A stretch of 64,000 bases of DNA. Origin: an uncultured Gammaproteobacteria bacterium (GTDB lineage Bacteria; Patescibacteriota; Patescibacteriia; UBA9934). Below are positions 16,763 to 24,232 of this stretch, piece after piece. The translations under genes were made by a program, and so were the position numbers. Numbering within the stretch: the stretch's first letter is position 1; every line of letters starts with the position of its first letter. The notes beneath the pieces are model-generated. The model saw only the letters and a list, made by a program, of their open reading frames with translations, searched no databases and was not told the DNA's origin. The stretch spans positions 10,973 through 74,972 of the forward strand of contig CAZTKG010000006.1 of assembly GCA_964613815.1 (NCBI GenBank). Direction: 5' to 3'.

Positions 16763-17578
16763 CTATTTGGAAGCGGTTTTTCTTCCACAGATGATGGTGG
16801 TGTCGTCTTCGAGCAGCCCAGAAAAACGTGTAATACGTCTTCCAGGCCAGTCCACTTTTTGACCGTCACGGTTCATGATTCTGAGGCGTCTGTTGATCGC
16901 CTCTGGGTTTTTGTAGAACCGGTCATTTGTCCAGAACTGGTCGATTCCTCCTACGACTTCGTGTTTTCCTGGAAGGAGACAGTCAGCGCGTTTGATGATA
17001 TTTTCGGCGCCATCTGTTCCGATGAGGAAGTGCTTCACTTCGCTTGTTGGGCCCTGCCATGCGACCTGTAAGGTCATGGATTCAGGGGCCACGTCTTTGA
17101 GGCTGGTGGGGACGAGGTCGTATGCGATGTAGATTGGTGTATTGCCTTCTTGAGGGTTCAGAATGATTGTTTTGTCGTTGATCTGGATCATTCCGTCACC
17201 GCAGAAGAAAGCGGTTGTGGTGTCTTTTTGCACCATGATGCCGATAATGGTGAAGAGGAAGTGGTCGGCGATGATGCGGTTGGGGTTTGCGCCCATGTTT
17301 CGTGCGAGGGTGAGGATCTGCTGTTTGATCATGCCGCTGGCGGCGAGCAGTCCTGTGCTTGCAGGGAGGTGCGTACAGTTTGCAATTGCTTTTGCTGCGA
17401 TGTGCGCGCCGATTTTGGCGCCTACTTCGCTGTGAGGTGCGCTTCCACATCCGTCTGTGACGATGGCGATGAAGCCGTCTTTGATGGGGATGATGCGGAA
17501 GCCGTCCTGGTTGTTTTTTCCCGATTTTCGATGCGATCTGCCCGTAACGGTGCCGTTCGCAAGTTCGAAGGTGGTCAT
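16763..17578 (-). CDS. PP2C-family Ser/Thr protein phosphatase
   Basis: FIAIVTDGCGS, FFCGDGM and FLIGTDG are the metal-binding Asp motifs of PPM phosphatases. It is the first gene of the operon, and its stop lies 10 nt from the kinase start. Confidence 0.8.
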   Translation of the reverse strand: MTTFELANGTVTGRSHRKSGKNNQDGFRIIPIKDGFIAIVTDGCGSAPHSEVGAKIGAHIAAKAIANCTHLPASTGLLAASGMIKQQILTLARNMGANPNRIIADHFLFTIIGIMVQKDTTTAFFCGDGMIQINDKTIILNPQEGNTPIYIAYDLVPTSLKDVAPESMTLQVAWQGPTSEVKHFLIGTDGAENIIKRADCLLPGKHEVVGGIDQFWTNDRFYKNPEAINRRLRIMNRDGQKVDWPGRRITRFSGLLEDDTTIICGRKTASK

Positions 17579-17803
17579 TGGGTTTCCGGGGTTGAGTTGT
17601 GAAAGGGCTGCTGCGTTTATACGCAGATTGCGGGAGGGAAGTGGCTATCTTCCAACCCAGAATCTGGGTATAATTGTTTTATTGACACTAAGTACTTGGA
17701 AAAATTTTTATGGAGGGTTTGTGGCCTTTGGCCGTTTGTATCGCTTTGCGATGTTTGTGGCCCTTTGGGCCGTTTGTTGGAATTTGTTGTTGTTGATATT
17801 ACA

Positions 17804-17866
17804 CTAACTAACACATAAAAAAATAGTTGTCAACCCCGTAAAAATCAGCGAGCTGATTCACGTGGC
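17804..17866 (-). promoter_or_regulatory. promoter of the PP2C-kinase-pncA-vWA operon (TTGACA-16-TTAGTT) with a conserved upstream module GCCACGTG-N-AATCAGCgaGCTGATT-TTTAC-GGGG
   Basis: Reverse complement reads gCCACGTGaatcagctcgctgattTTTACggggTTGACAactatttttttatgtgTTAGTT. The same architecture recurs at 18668-18731 and 24112-24171. Confidence 0.5.
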
Positions 17867-17876
17867 ATGGTCTCTT

Positions 17877-17956
17877 TCCCATCTCGACCTTGTGGAGAGA
17901 TCTGATAGCGACCAGGGCATGAGATCTCTCCACAGGGTCGAGATGGGAAGAGGGGG
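17877..17956. repeat. complete copy of a dispersed inverted-repeat element: 26-bp arms CCCATCTCGACCTTGTGGAGAGATCT / AGATCTCTCCACAGGGTCGAGATGGG around an 18-nt centre, followed by AAGAGGGGGG
   Basis: Seen directly. It is homologous to the copies at 38970, 42524, 48921 and 63089. Confidence 0.7.
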
Positions 17957-17959
17957 GTG

Positions 17960-18643
17960 TTAGATATGCATAATGTCTATTTCTTTGAATGATCGGGACT
18001 TGAAGCTGTAGAGGGCGGCGGGACGGTTGGCTTGACCTGTTTGTTTGCGGCCGGTGGGTTTGATGAGGTCTAGGGAGAGGAGTTTTCGGCGGAAGTTTCG
18101 TTTGTCTAGTTTTTTGCCGAGGATTGTTTCGTAGGTTGCTTGGAGGTCTGTGAGGGTGAATTCTTTTGGAAGAAGGGACCAGACGATGTTGGTGTAGCCG
18201 AGTTTTGCCTTTAATCGCTTATGCGCGAGTTTGATGACAGTTTTGTGGTCGTAGGCGAGGGGAGGGAGTTTTTTGATGGAGACCCAGCGGACGTCTTTGT
18301 ACTTTTCTGAAGTTTTGAGGGGGTAGCGGCCACTTGGGAGAAGGGCGAAGTAGGTGATGGAGATGACGCGGCCCAGGGGGTCTCGTTTGATGTCGTCGAA
18401 GGTTTGGAGTTGTTCTAAGTATGCTGATTTGACGCCTGTCTGTGCATTTAGGATGCGAATTGTGGCGTCTTTTGATGTTTCGGCTTGTTTGATGAGGCCT
18501 CCTGGAACGGCCCATTTGTCTGTGAATGGGGCGCGTTTCATTTGGATGAGGAGGACTTTGAGGTCATTGTTTTGGACGGTAAAAATGACTGCATCGGCAG
18601 CGATTTTGATGTTTTGTCCGTTCCAATGTTTCGGGGTAGCCAT
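17960..18643 (-). CDS. NrtR-like regulator: NUDIX hydrolase domain fused to a C-terminal winged-helix domain
   Basis: Nudix box GGLIKQAETSKDATIRILNAQTG (GX5EX7REUXEEXGU-like), with about 90 aa of C-terminal basic/helical sequence. The start was taken at the ATG (MATPKHWNG) because the track's GTG start lies inside the -10 box. Its own promoter (TTGACA-17-TACTTT) lies at 18668-18697. Confidence 0.65.
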   Translation of the reverse strand: MATPKHWNGQNIKIAADAVIFTVQNNDLKVLLIQMKRAPFTDKWAVPGGLIKQAETSKDATIRILNAQTGVKSAYLEQLQTFDDIKRDPLGRVISITYFALLPSGRYPLKTSEKYKDVRWVSIKKLPPLAYDHKTVIKLAHKRLKAKLGYTNIVWSLLPKEFTLTDLQATYETILGKKLDKRNFRRKLLSLDLIKPTGRKQTGQANRPAALYSFKSRSFKEIDIMHI

Positions 18644-18667
18644 AGGGTGTTTGTGTCGTATGTACAC

Positions 18668-18731
18668 AAAGTATCATGGGTTTTGGGTGTTGTCAACCTC
18701 TGTAAAGATCAGTAGGGCTAATCCGCGTGGC
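18668..18731 (-). promoter_or_regulatory. promoter of the NrtR-like gene, carrying the same upstream module (GCCACGCG...TTTAC..GGTTGACAA)
   Basis: Reverse complement reads GCCACGCGgattagccctactgatcTTTACagagGTTGACAacacccaaaacccatgaTACTTT. Confidence 0.5.
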
Positions 18732-18799
18732 ACGGGAGGGGCTGGTGTTGACAAAGTGTTGGTTTTGTGGTAGTTTTTTGTCGTTCTTTGGAGGTAGAG

Positions 18800-19219
18800 A
18801 TGTCTGGTGATTCTCTTGTGTGCAAGATTGTGATTTCTGGTTCTCGAAAGGGGTTGCAGTATTTCATGTGCCGTGGACATCGTGAGGGAAGTACGACAAC
18901 GCTTGTTACTACGTTTGATTTGACGTTGGCGACGATTGACGTGCTTCTGGATGAGCTTCGTGAAGAGGTGAATGGTCTTTATTGTGATGTAGAGTTCCTA
19001 GAGACTGAGTCGGTGGAGATGTTCCGACGCGAGGCCGCTGCTGATGCGACGAGGAAGGCTGAGGGGGTTGCTCAAGAAGTTGCCAATATTGCACCGGCTG
19101 TATTTCGTCGGATTATGGCTTCTGCTGATTCTTCAACGGCCGTGCGTCTGACCGTCGATGTGACCGTGATGGGCCGTTCGGCGACTCAAACGGTGCAGCT
19201 TTCGGCGCAGAGTATTTAG
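18800..19219 (+). CDS. hypothetical protein
   Basis: ORF with SD ggagg 6 nt before the internal ATG (MSGDSLVCK). It is followed by a strong terminator. Confidence 0.4.
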   Translation: MSGDSLVCKIVISGSRKGLQYFMCRGHREGSTTTLVTTFDLTLATIDVLLDELREEVNGLYCDVEFLETESVEMFRREAAADATRKAEGVAQEVANIAPAVFRRIMASADSSTAVRLTVDVTVMGRSATQTVQLSAQSI

Positions 19220-19235
19220 TCTCTTCTGATAGCAC

Positions 19236-19258
19236 GCGGTTTCGCGTGTTTTTTTCTT
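19236..19258 (+). terminator. rho-independent terminator: cacgcg-gttt-cgcgtg + T7
   Basis: Sequence cacgcggtttcgcgtgttttttt. Confidence 0.6.
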
Positions 19259-19515
19259 TGATACAAAAGTGGTCCGTACGGACCACTTTTGATACAAGGA
19301 GGATGGGGGGGTGTTGTTTGTTTTAGGTAATGAAATATGTGTTTTTTGATTTTTGTATTTGGTTTCTCTCTGTATTTAATATGCTCCGTACGGATTGTTT
19401 TTGTATCAAGGAGGTTGATGGGCGAGTGATGAGGGAGGATTTTTTTGGGATGTGTGATTAGTTGACATTGTGGGATTTTTTTGTTATGTTTTTTTCGTTC
19501 TTTTGAGGAGGGACT

Positions 19516-19995
19516 GTGTACGTTTTTCTTTGTCTTTTGTTTTTGGCTTGTGGATTTGACGGTGGTGATACTGCCTCTGCTGATACGGCGGCGGTGACGG
19601 TCACGATGACGACAGGGAGTGGGTCGACAGGTTCAGTGACGACTTCTTCGACATCTGCTACGACTACTACGCTTGTGACCTCTACGACGTCTGGGACTTC
19701 ATCGACAGGTGGTGTTCCTGAGCGTTATGGTTCTGAGGCGGAGGAGATTCCGCCGGGGACGATGGAATGTTTGTGGGAGTATGTGAAGGCGCAGACGGAG
19801 TACTACTGCGCGGATACGCCGGGGATGTGGGCGTGTCAGGGGTATGCGGATCGTGACGGCGATGGGTATGGGGATGCGAACGACGGGGGGAGTCGGGAGG
19901 ATTACTCGTACATCTGTCCTGGGGAGGAGCTTCGTGAGGGGTACACGCTTGGTCCGGATACGGATCGGGATGACTGGGACGCTTTGGTGCATTGA
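19516..19995 (+). CDS. putative lipoprotein with a Thr/Ser-rich linker and a Cys-containing acidic C-terminal domain
   Basis: MYVFLCLLFLACGFDGG has a signal peptide with lipobox L-A-C. A promoter (TTGACA-17-TATGTT) lies at 19451-19485. Confidence 0.55.
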   Translation: MYVFLCLLFLACGFDGGDTASADTAAVTVTMTTGSGSTGSVTTSSTSATTTTLVTSTTSGTSSTGGVPERYGSEAEEIPPGTMECLWEYVKAQTEYYCADTPGMWACQGYADRDGDGYGDANDGGSREDYSYICPGEELREGYTLGPDTDRDDWDALVH

Positions 19996-20016
19996 TCAGT
20001 GAGATCGTGCGCTTTT

Positions 20017-20427
20017 TTATTTGTTTAGAAATGTTTCAAAAGCTGGATGGAGGTTTGGGATGAGGGATTCGTTTTGATAATTGAGGGGATCGATCCATTT
20101 GAAGGCTGAGTGGTCTTCGGAGAGAGTGACGTTTTGGGTGTTTGATTGGCAGTGGAAGAAGGTTCCGACGATTTGCCACTGTTCACCTCTTACTGTTGGG
20201 CGCCATTCGTTCATGAAGAAGGGGGTTCCGATGGTGACTGTGAGGCTTGTTTCTTCCATGATTTCTCGTTTTAAAGCGTCTAGGAAGTGTTCGCCTGGGT
20301 TTAGGCGGCCTCCTGGGACGTCGAATTGACCTCGGTTTGATGCGTCTTTGTAGGATTGTGATTCTGCGAGGACGAGGATTTTTCCGTTGTGTTCGATAAA
20401 GGCTTTTGTGGCTACGAAGAGGCGCAT
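20017..20427 (-). CDS. NUDIX hydrolase
   Basis: Nudix box GGRLNPGEHFLDALKREIMEETSL. Confidence 0.75.
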   Translation of the reverse strand: MRLFVATKAFIEHNGKILVLAESQSYKDASNRGQFDVPGGRLNPGEHFLDALKREIMEETSLTVTIGTPFFMNEWRPTVRGEQWQIVGTFFHCQSNTQNVTLSEDHSAFKWIDPLNYQNESLIPNLHPAFETFLNK

Positions 20428-20491
20428 AGGGGGATTTTTTGATTGTTGATGTCATTATCTTGACATGATTTACTTTATTGTGTAAGTTTTC

Positions 20492-20890
20492 TTGTTCTTT
20501 TCTGGAGGCGTGATGGGGACGATGATTCGTCTTGGGCGCGCGTCTCAGATTGTGACGTGCGTTGAGTTGACTGGATACTCTTCGGTGACCGTGGGGCTTT
20601 TGATGCGTTCGCGGGTTTCGATCAATGCTGGTTGGGCGTACGACTTTCATTTTTTCTTTCTTCTGAATGGTGAGCGGATTCCGCTTCAGGTGCGAGCTTC
20701 TTGTGACCGGCGTGACCGGCGGAGTTTGCAAGTTGGGTTTCAGCCTATTTGGGAGCAGGTGACGGATCTTGAGCAGGCGGCGCGTGATGGTGTGCTTGAG
20801 CTTCTCATCGTTCATCATTTTCGTGGGGCTTTTCATACTCACCGTGTGTGGGTTGAGGCTCCTGGGGAAGGAGTTCTCTCGGCGTGCTGA
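20492..20890 (+). CDS. hypothetical protein (weak PilZ-like RxxxR / D-x-S-x-x-G resemblance)
   Basis: 132-aa ORF. Only a weak motif resemblance was found. Confidence 0.3.
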   Translation: MFFSGGVMGTMIRLGRASQIVTCVELTGYSSVTVGLLMRSRVSINAGWAYDFHFFFLLNGERIPLQVRASCDRRDRRSLQVGFQPIWEQVTDLEQAARDGVLELLIVHHFRGAFHTHRVWVEAPGEGVLSAC

Positions 20891-20913
20891 TGTGCGTCGG
20901 GTTTTTTGATAGA

Positions 20914-22293
20914 ATGGAGGATATGGGGTTTTTTGATTTTTTGAAGCGTCGGCCGGAGCAGAAAGAAGTAAAGGAGCGAGAGCGGCTTCAGTTTACGAGT
21001 TCTGAGGTCACGGAGGCGAGTTTGGCGCATCCGGATCGGAATGAGGATGCTTCTTTTGTGTCTGCGGAGGATGGATTTATGGTTGTTAGTGATGGAGCCG
21101 GTGGGCATGCTGGAGGGGATGAGGTTAGTCGGCGTATTGTTCAGTCTTTTGCGGAGACGCTTGAGCATGTGCGTGGAGTGGAGCTTGGGGAGGATTCTTT
21201 AGAAAAGGCGAGTGAGCTTTTGGAGATGCAGGTTTTGAAGGCTGCGCAGGATGCGTATACGTTTTCGATGGAGGTGGCGCAGACGCTTGATGATCCTAGG
21301 AAGCGGCCGATGGCGACGGTGATGGCTGGGCGGGTGATTCGGACGGAGCAGGGGATTCGTGCGATTATCAAAAGCGTTGGGGATGGACTTGCGTATGTGC
21401 GGCGAGCGAATGGGGAGGTGGAGCAGGTGCCGATTGTCGAGGATAGTTATGTGGCAATGTATTTTGAGAAGAAGGTGCGGAAGGGGGAGCTTTCTGAGGA
21501 GGATGTGTATCGGATTATGAATTGTTCTAGTCCTTTGGATTTTGATTTTGAGCCGGATTTGGTGAAGGGGGCGCTATTGAAAAAAGAAGCGCAGTTTTAT
21601 TTTAAGAAACGGAATGTTGTCACTGCTTCGCTTGGGAGTGATTTGCCTGATTCGCTGGATGTTCATTCGGCGATTGTGGCGCTGGATACGGGGGATGAGC
21701 TTTTCTTTATGAGTGATGGGGTGGAGAATTTGACGGATGATGAGCGGAAGATGCTTTTGAGTGGTGGGCCGCATTTGCAGTCTCGGGCGGAGGCTTTGAT
21801 GAGTAGTTCTGTTGCGCGGAGTCAGAGTCGGTCGAGGCGGTCGAAGAAGGATGATGTGACGGTGACGGGGCTTGAGGTGCGGGATGTGGTGCATGAGGAG
21901 ATGGAGAAGGCAGCTGCGGTGAATGCGAAGATTGAGCGGTTGCGTGATAGGCAGGAGGTGTTTGCTGGACGTGTGCGGGAGCTTGGAAAGCTTGTGAGAC
22001 GGAAGGGGGCTCGGCCTTTGGAGCGGATGGATTTGTATCAGACGCAGATGCAGCTTGCGGATGTGCAGTATGCGATTGGGAAGGCGCAGTTGGAGCTTTA
22101 TGATGAGGGGACGGATGATAAGCGGGATCAGTTTGAGATTCAGCGGCATAAGGAGACGATGCGGCTTGCGAAAGCGAATCGGACTCGGGCGGAGAATGCG
22201 CTCGGTCGGCTTCAGGGTGCTAGAGATGATGTTGACCGGGTGAAGGCTGATAAGGCTCGGGCGGCTGCGCGGAATGCGAGTAAGGGGGCTTGA
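20914..22293 (+). CDS. PP2C/SpoIIE-family phosphatase with a long C-terminal coiled coil
   Basis: HPDRNEDASFV, MVVSDGAGGHAGG, VGDGLAYV and FFMSDGV are PPM motifs. The C-terminal 130 aa is heptad-rich (ERLRDRQEVFAGRVRELGKLV...). The start is uncertain (M11/M14 of the track ORF). Confidence 0.7.
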   Translation: MEDMGFFDFLKRRPEQKEVKERERLQFTSSEVTEASLAHPDRNEDASFVSAEDGFMVVSDGAGGHAGGDEVSRRIVQSFAETLEHVRGVELGEDSLEKASELLEMQVLKAAQDAYTFSMEVAQTLDDPRKRPMATVMAGRVIRTEQGIRAIIKSVGDGLAYVRRANGEVEQVPIVEDSYVAMYFEKKVRKGELSEEDVYRIMNCSSPLDFDFEPDLVKGALLKKEAQFYFKKRNVVTASLGSDLPDSLDVHSAIVALDTGDELFFMSDGVENLTDDERKMLLSGGPHLQSRAEALMSSSVARSQSRSRRSKKDDVTVTGLEVRDVVHEEMEKAAAVNAKIERLRDRQEVFAGRVRELGKLVRRKGARPLERMDLYQTQMQLADVQYAIGKAQLELYDEGTDDKRDQFEIQRHKETMRLAKANRTRAENALGRLQGARDDVDRVKADKARAAARNASKGA

Positions 22294-22323
22294 TAGATTT
22301 TTTGTAGCTGATAGGATTTTGGC

Positions 22324-23313
22324 ATGCGAATACTTGGAATTGAGTCTAGTTGTGATGAGTCGGCGATTGCTTTGCTTGATGGCAAGGGTGATGATTTGAC
22401 CGTGGTTTCATCGGTTGTTTTGTCGCAGGTTGATATTCATAAGGAATTTGGGGGGATTGTGCCGGAGGTTGCGGCGCGGGAGCATGTGCGGGGGTTGTTG
22501 CCACTTTTTGATGGGGTTGTGGAGCGTGATGGTTCTGATATTGATGCGATTGCTGTGACGCGGGGGCCGGGGCTTAGTACCTCGCTTCAGGTTGGGCTGG
22601 AGACGGCTAAGTCGCTATCATACGTTTGGAATAAGCCTTTGGTTGGGGTAAATCATTTGAAGGGGCATGTGTATTCTGCTTGGCTTGGGGAAGGGGTGCC
22701 GGAGTTTCCTGCGCTTTGTCTTTTGGTGAGTGGGGGGCATACGGAGCTTGTGGTGATGCGAGGACATGGGGATTTTGAGAAAATTGGGTCGACGATTGAT
22801 GATGCGGCTGGGGAGGCGTTTGATAAGGTGGGGAGTATGCTTGGGCTTGAGTATCCTGGGGGGCCGAAGGTTTCGACGTTGGCTGTAGAGGGGGATGAGA
22901 AGGCGTTTGATTTTCCTCGGCCGATGATTGATCGGGATAATTATGATTTTAGTTTTTCTGGGTTGAAGACGTCTGTTTTGTATAAGCTTCGGAAGATGGA
23001 TGATGTGGATGCGGTGCGTGCGGATGTTGCGGCGAGTTTTGAGGAGGCGGTTGTGGATGTGCTTTGTAAGAAGACGTTTCGGGCGATTGAGGAGTTTGGG
23101 GTGAAGAATTTGATTGTGGCTGGTGGGGTGGCGGCGAATCGGAAGTTGCGTGCGCGATTGGTTGATGGGGCGGGGGTTGATGTTTATTTGTCTGAGATGC
23201 AGTATGCGACGGATAATGCGGCGATGATTGCTGCTGCGGGGTATTTTGATTATCTGTCAGGCGTACGTGATGATGCGTTTGATTTAATTATTGATACTAA
23301 TTTGAATTTTTAG
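22324..23313 (+). CDS. tsaD: tRNA N6-adenosine threonylcarbamoyltransferase
   Basis: MRILGIESSCDESAIALL..., with HxxGH metal site HLKGHVYSAW and the Kae1/TsaD fold. Confidence 0.9.
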   Translation: MRILGIESSCDESAIALLDGKGDDLTVVSSVVLSQVDIHKEFGGIVPEVAAREHVRGLLPLFDGVVERDGSDIDAIAVTRGPGLSTSLQVGLETAKSLSYVWNKPLVGVNHLKGHVYSAWLGEGVPEFPALCLLVSGGHTELVVMRGHGDFEKIGSTIDDAAGEAFDKVGSMLGLEYPGGPKVSTLAVEGDEKAFDFPRPMIDRDNYDFSFSGLKTSVLYKLRKMDDVDAVRADVAASFEEAVVDVLCKKTFRAIEEFGVKNLIVAGGVAANRKLRARLVDGAGVDVYLSEMQYATDNAAMIAAAGYFDYLSGVRDDAFDLIIDTNLNF

Positions 23314-23315
23314 GT

Positions 23316-23762
23316 ATGGAGGTCAAGAAAACATCTAGTTTAGAAGAAACTTGGAGCGTTGCTGAAGATTTTTTGAAGCTGTTGAAGGCTGGAGAGGTTG
23401 TTGGGCTTGTGGGGGATTTGGGAGCTGGGAAGACGGCGTTTGTGCAGGGAATTGTGAAGGCGATGGGAGCTGATGTGCAGGCGAAGAGTCCGACGTTTAC
23501 GTTTGTGCGTGAGTATTCGGTGGATTTTGAGGGGATTAAGAAGGTTGTGCATGCGGATTTTTATCGGCTTGAGGATGCGAAGGGTGTGGAGGCGCTTGCG
23601 ATGCATGATTTGATGGGGGATGATGTGGTGATGTTTGTGGAGTGGGTGAATAAGGTTGAGGAGCATGGGGTGAAGCCGGATTGGATTGTGGAGATTTCGG
23701 GGAGAGATGAAGGAGAACGGGAGATTGGGATTAGGAGGGTTGAAATCGTTGAAAGCGTTTAA
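23316..23762 (+). CDS. tsaE: tRNA threonylcarbamoyladenosine biosynthesis ATPase TsaE
   Basis: P-loop LVGDLGAGKTAFVQG, about 150 aa, lying immediately after tsaD. Confidence 0.8.
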   Translation: MEVKKTSSLEETWSVAEDFLKLLKAGEVVGLVGDLGAGKTAFVQGIVKAMGADVQAKSPTFTFVREYSVDFEGIKKVVHADFYRLEDAKGVEALAMHDLMGDDVVMFVEWVNKVEEHGVKPDWIVEISGRDEGEREIGIRRVEIVESV

Positions 23763-23847
23763 AACGTTGATGACAAAAAAGACCCTGGTGGGTCTTTTTT
23801 GGCTTTCGATGATAATGACAGGGTCATTGGCATTGAGAGGCCCCGGG

Positions 23848-24078
23848 TTAGCGGGGGAGGGAGTTGGTGACGATCACTTCGTGGCGCTGGCTGAAGGCCA
23901 GGTTTGCGATGTGACCGAGGAGGGCTCCGGACGCGAGGGCGAGCCAGGAGATTGCCTTGAGGTTTGCGTTGTCGATCTGGATGTCGGCGAGGTTGATGAT
24001 GCCCTGCACGGATCCCAGGAGGACGATACCGAAGGTGAAAGAAAGGATGATCGTACGGGTCAGGTCGTTGGGCTGCAT
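23848..24078 (-). CDS. small membrane protein (hypothetical)
   Basis: 76 aa with two hydrophobic segments. It has its own promoter carrying the conserved upstream module (24112-24171). Confidence 0.4.
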   Translation of the reverse strand: MQPNDLTRTIILSFTFGIVLLGSVQGIINLADIQIDNANLKAISWLALASGALLGHIANLAFSQRHEVIVTNSLPR

Positions 24079-24111
24079 TTACTGCTCCAGCTTCAGGTTG
24101 TCAGCGGTTGA

Positions 24112-24171
24112 ATAGTAGCATATTTTTTGGGTTTTGTCAACCGCGTAAAGACAATAAATTGTCCACGTGGC
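24112..24171 (-). promoter_or_regulatory. promoter (TTGACA-17-TACTAT) with the conserved upstream module GCCACGTG-GACAATttATTGTC-TTTAC-GCGG
   Basis: Reverse complement reads GCCACGTGgacaatttattgtcTTTACgcggTTGACAaaacccaaaaaatatgcTACTAT. Confidence 0.5.
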
Positions 24172-24232
24172 GCGGCCATGTTTGAAAAAAATAGGGCCAA
24201 TGTTGGCTCTATTTTTGGCTCTTTGTTTATAT

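Noticed and set aside
20492-20890. PilZ-domain c-di-GMP receptor
   Set aside because: Only a loose RxxxR and D/NxSxxG-like resemblance was found. It is reported as hypothetical.
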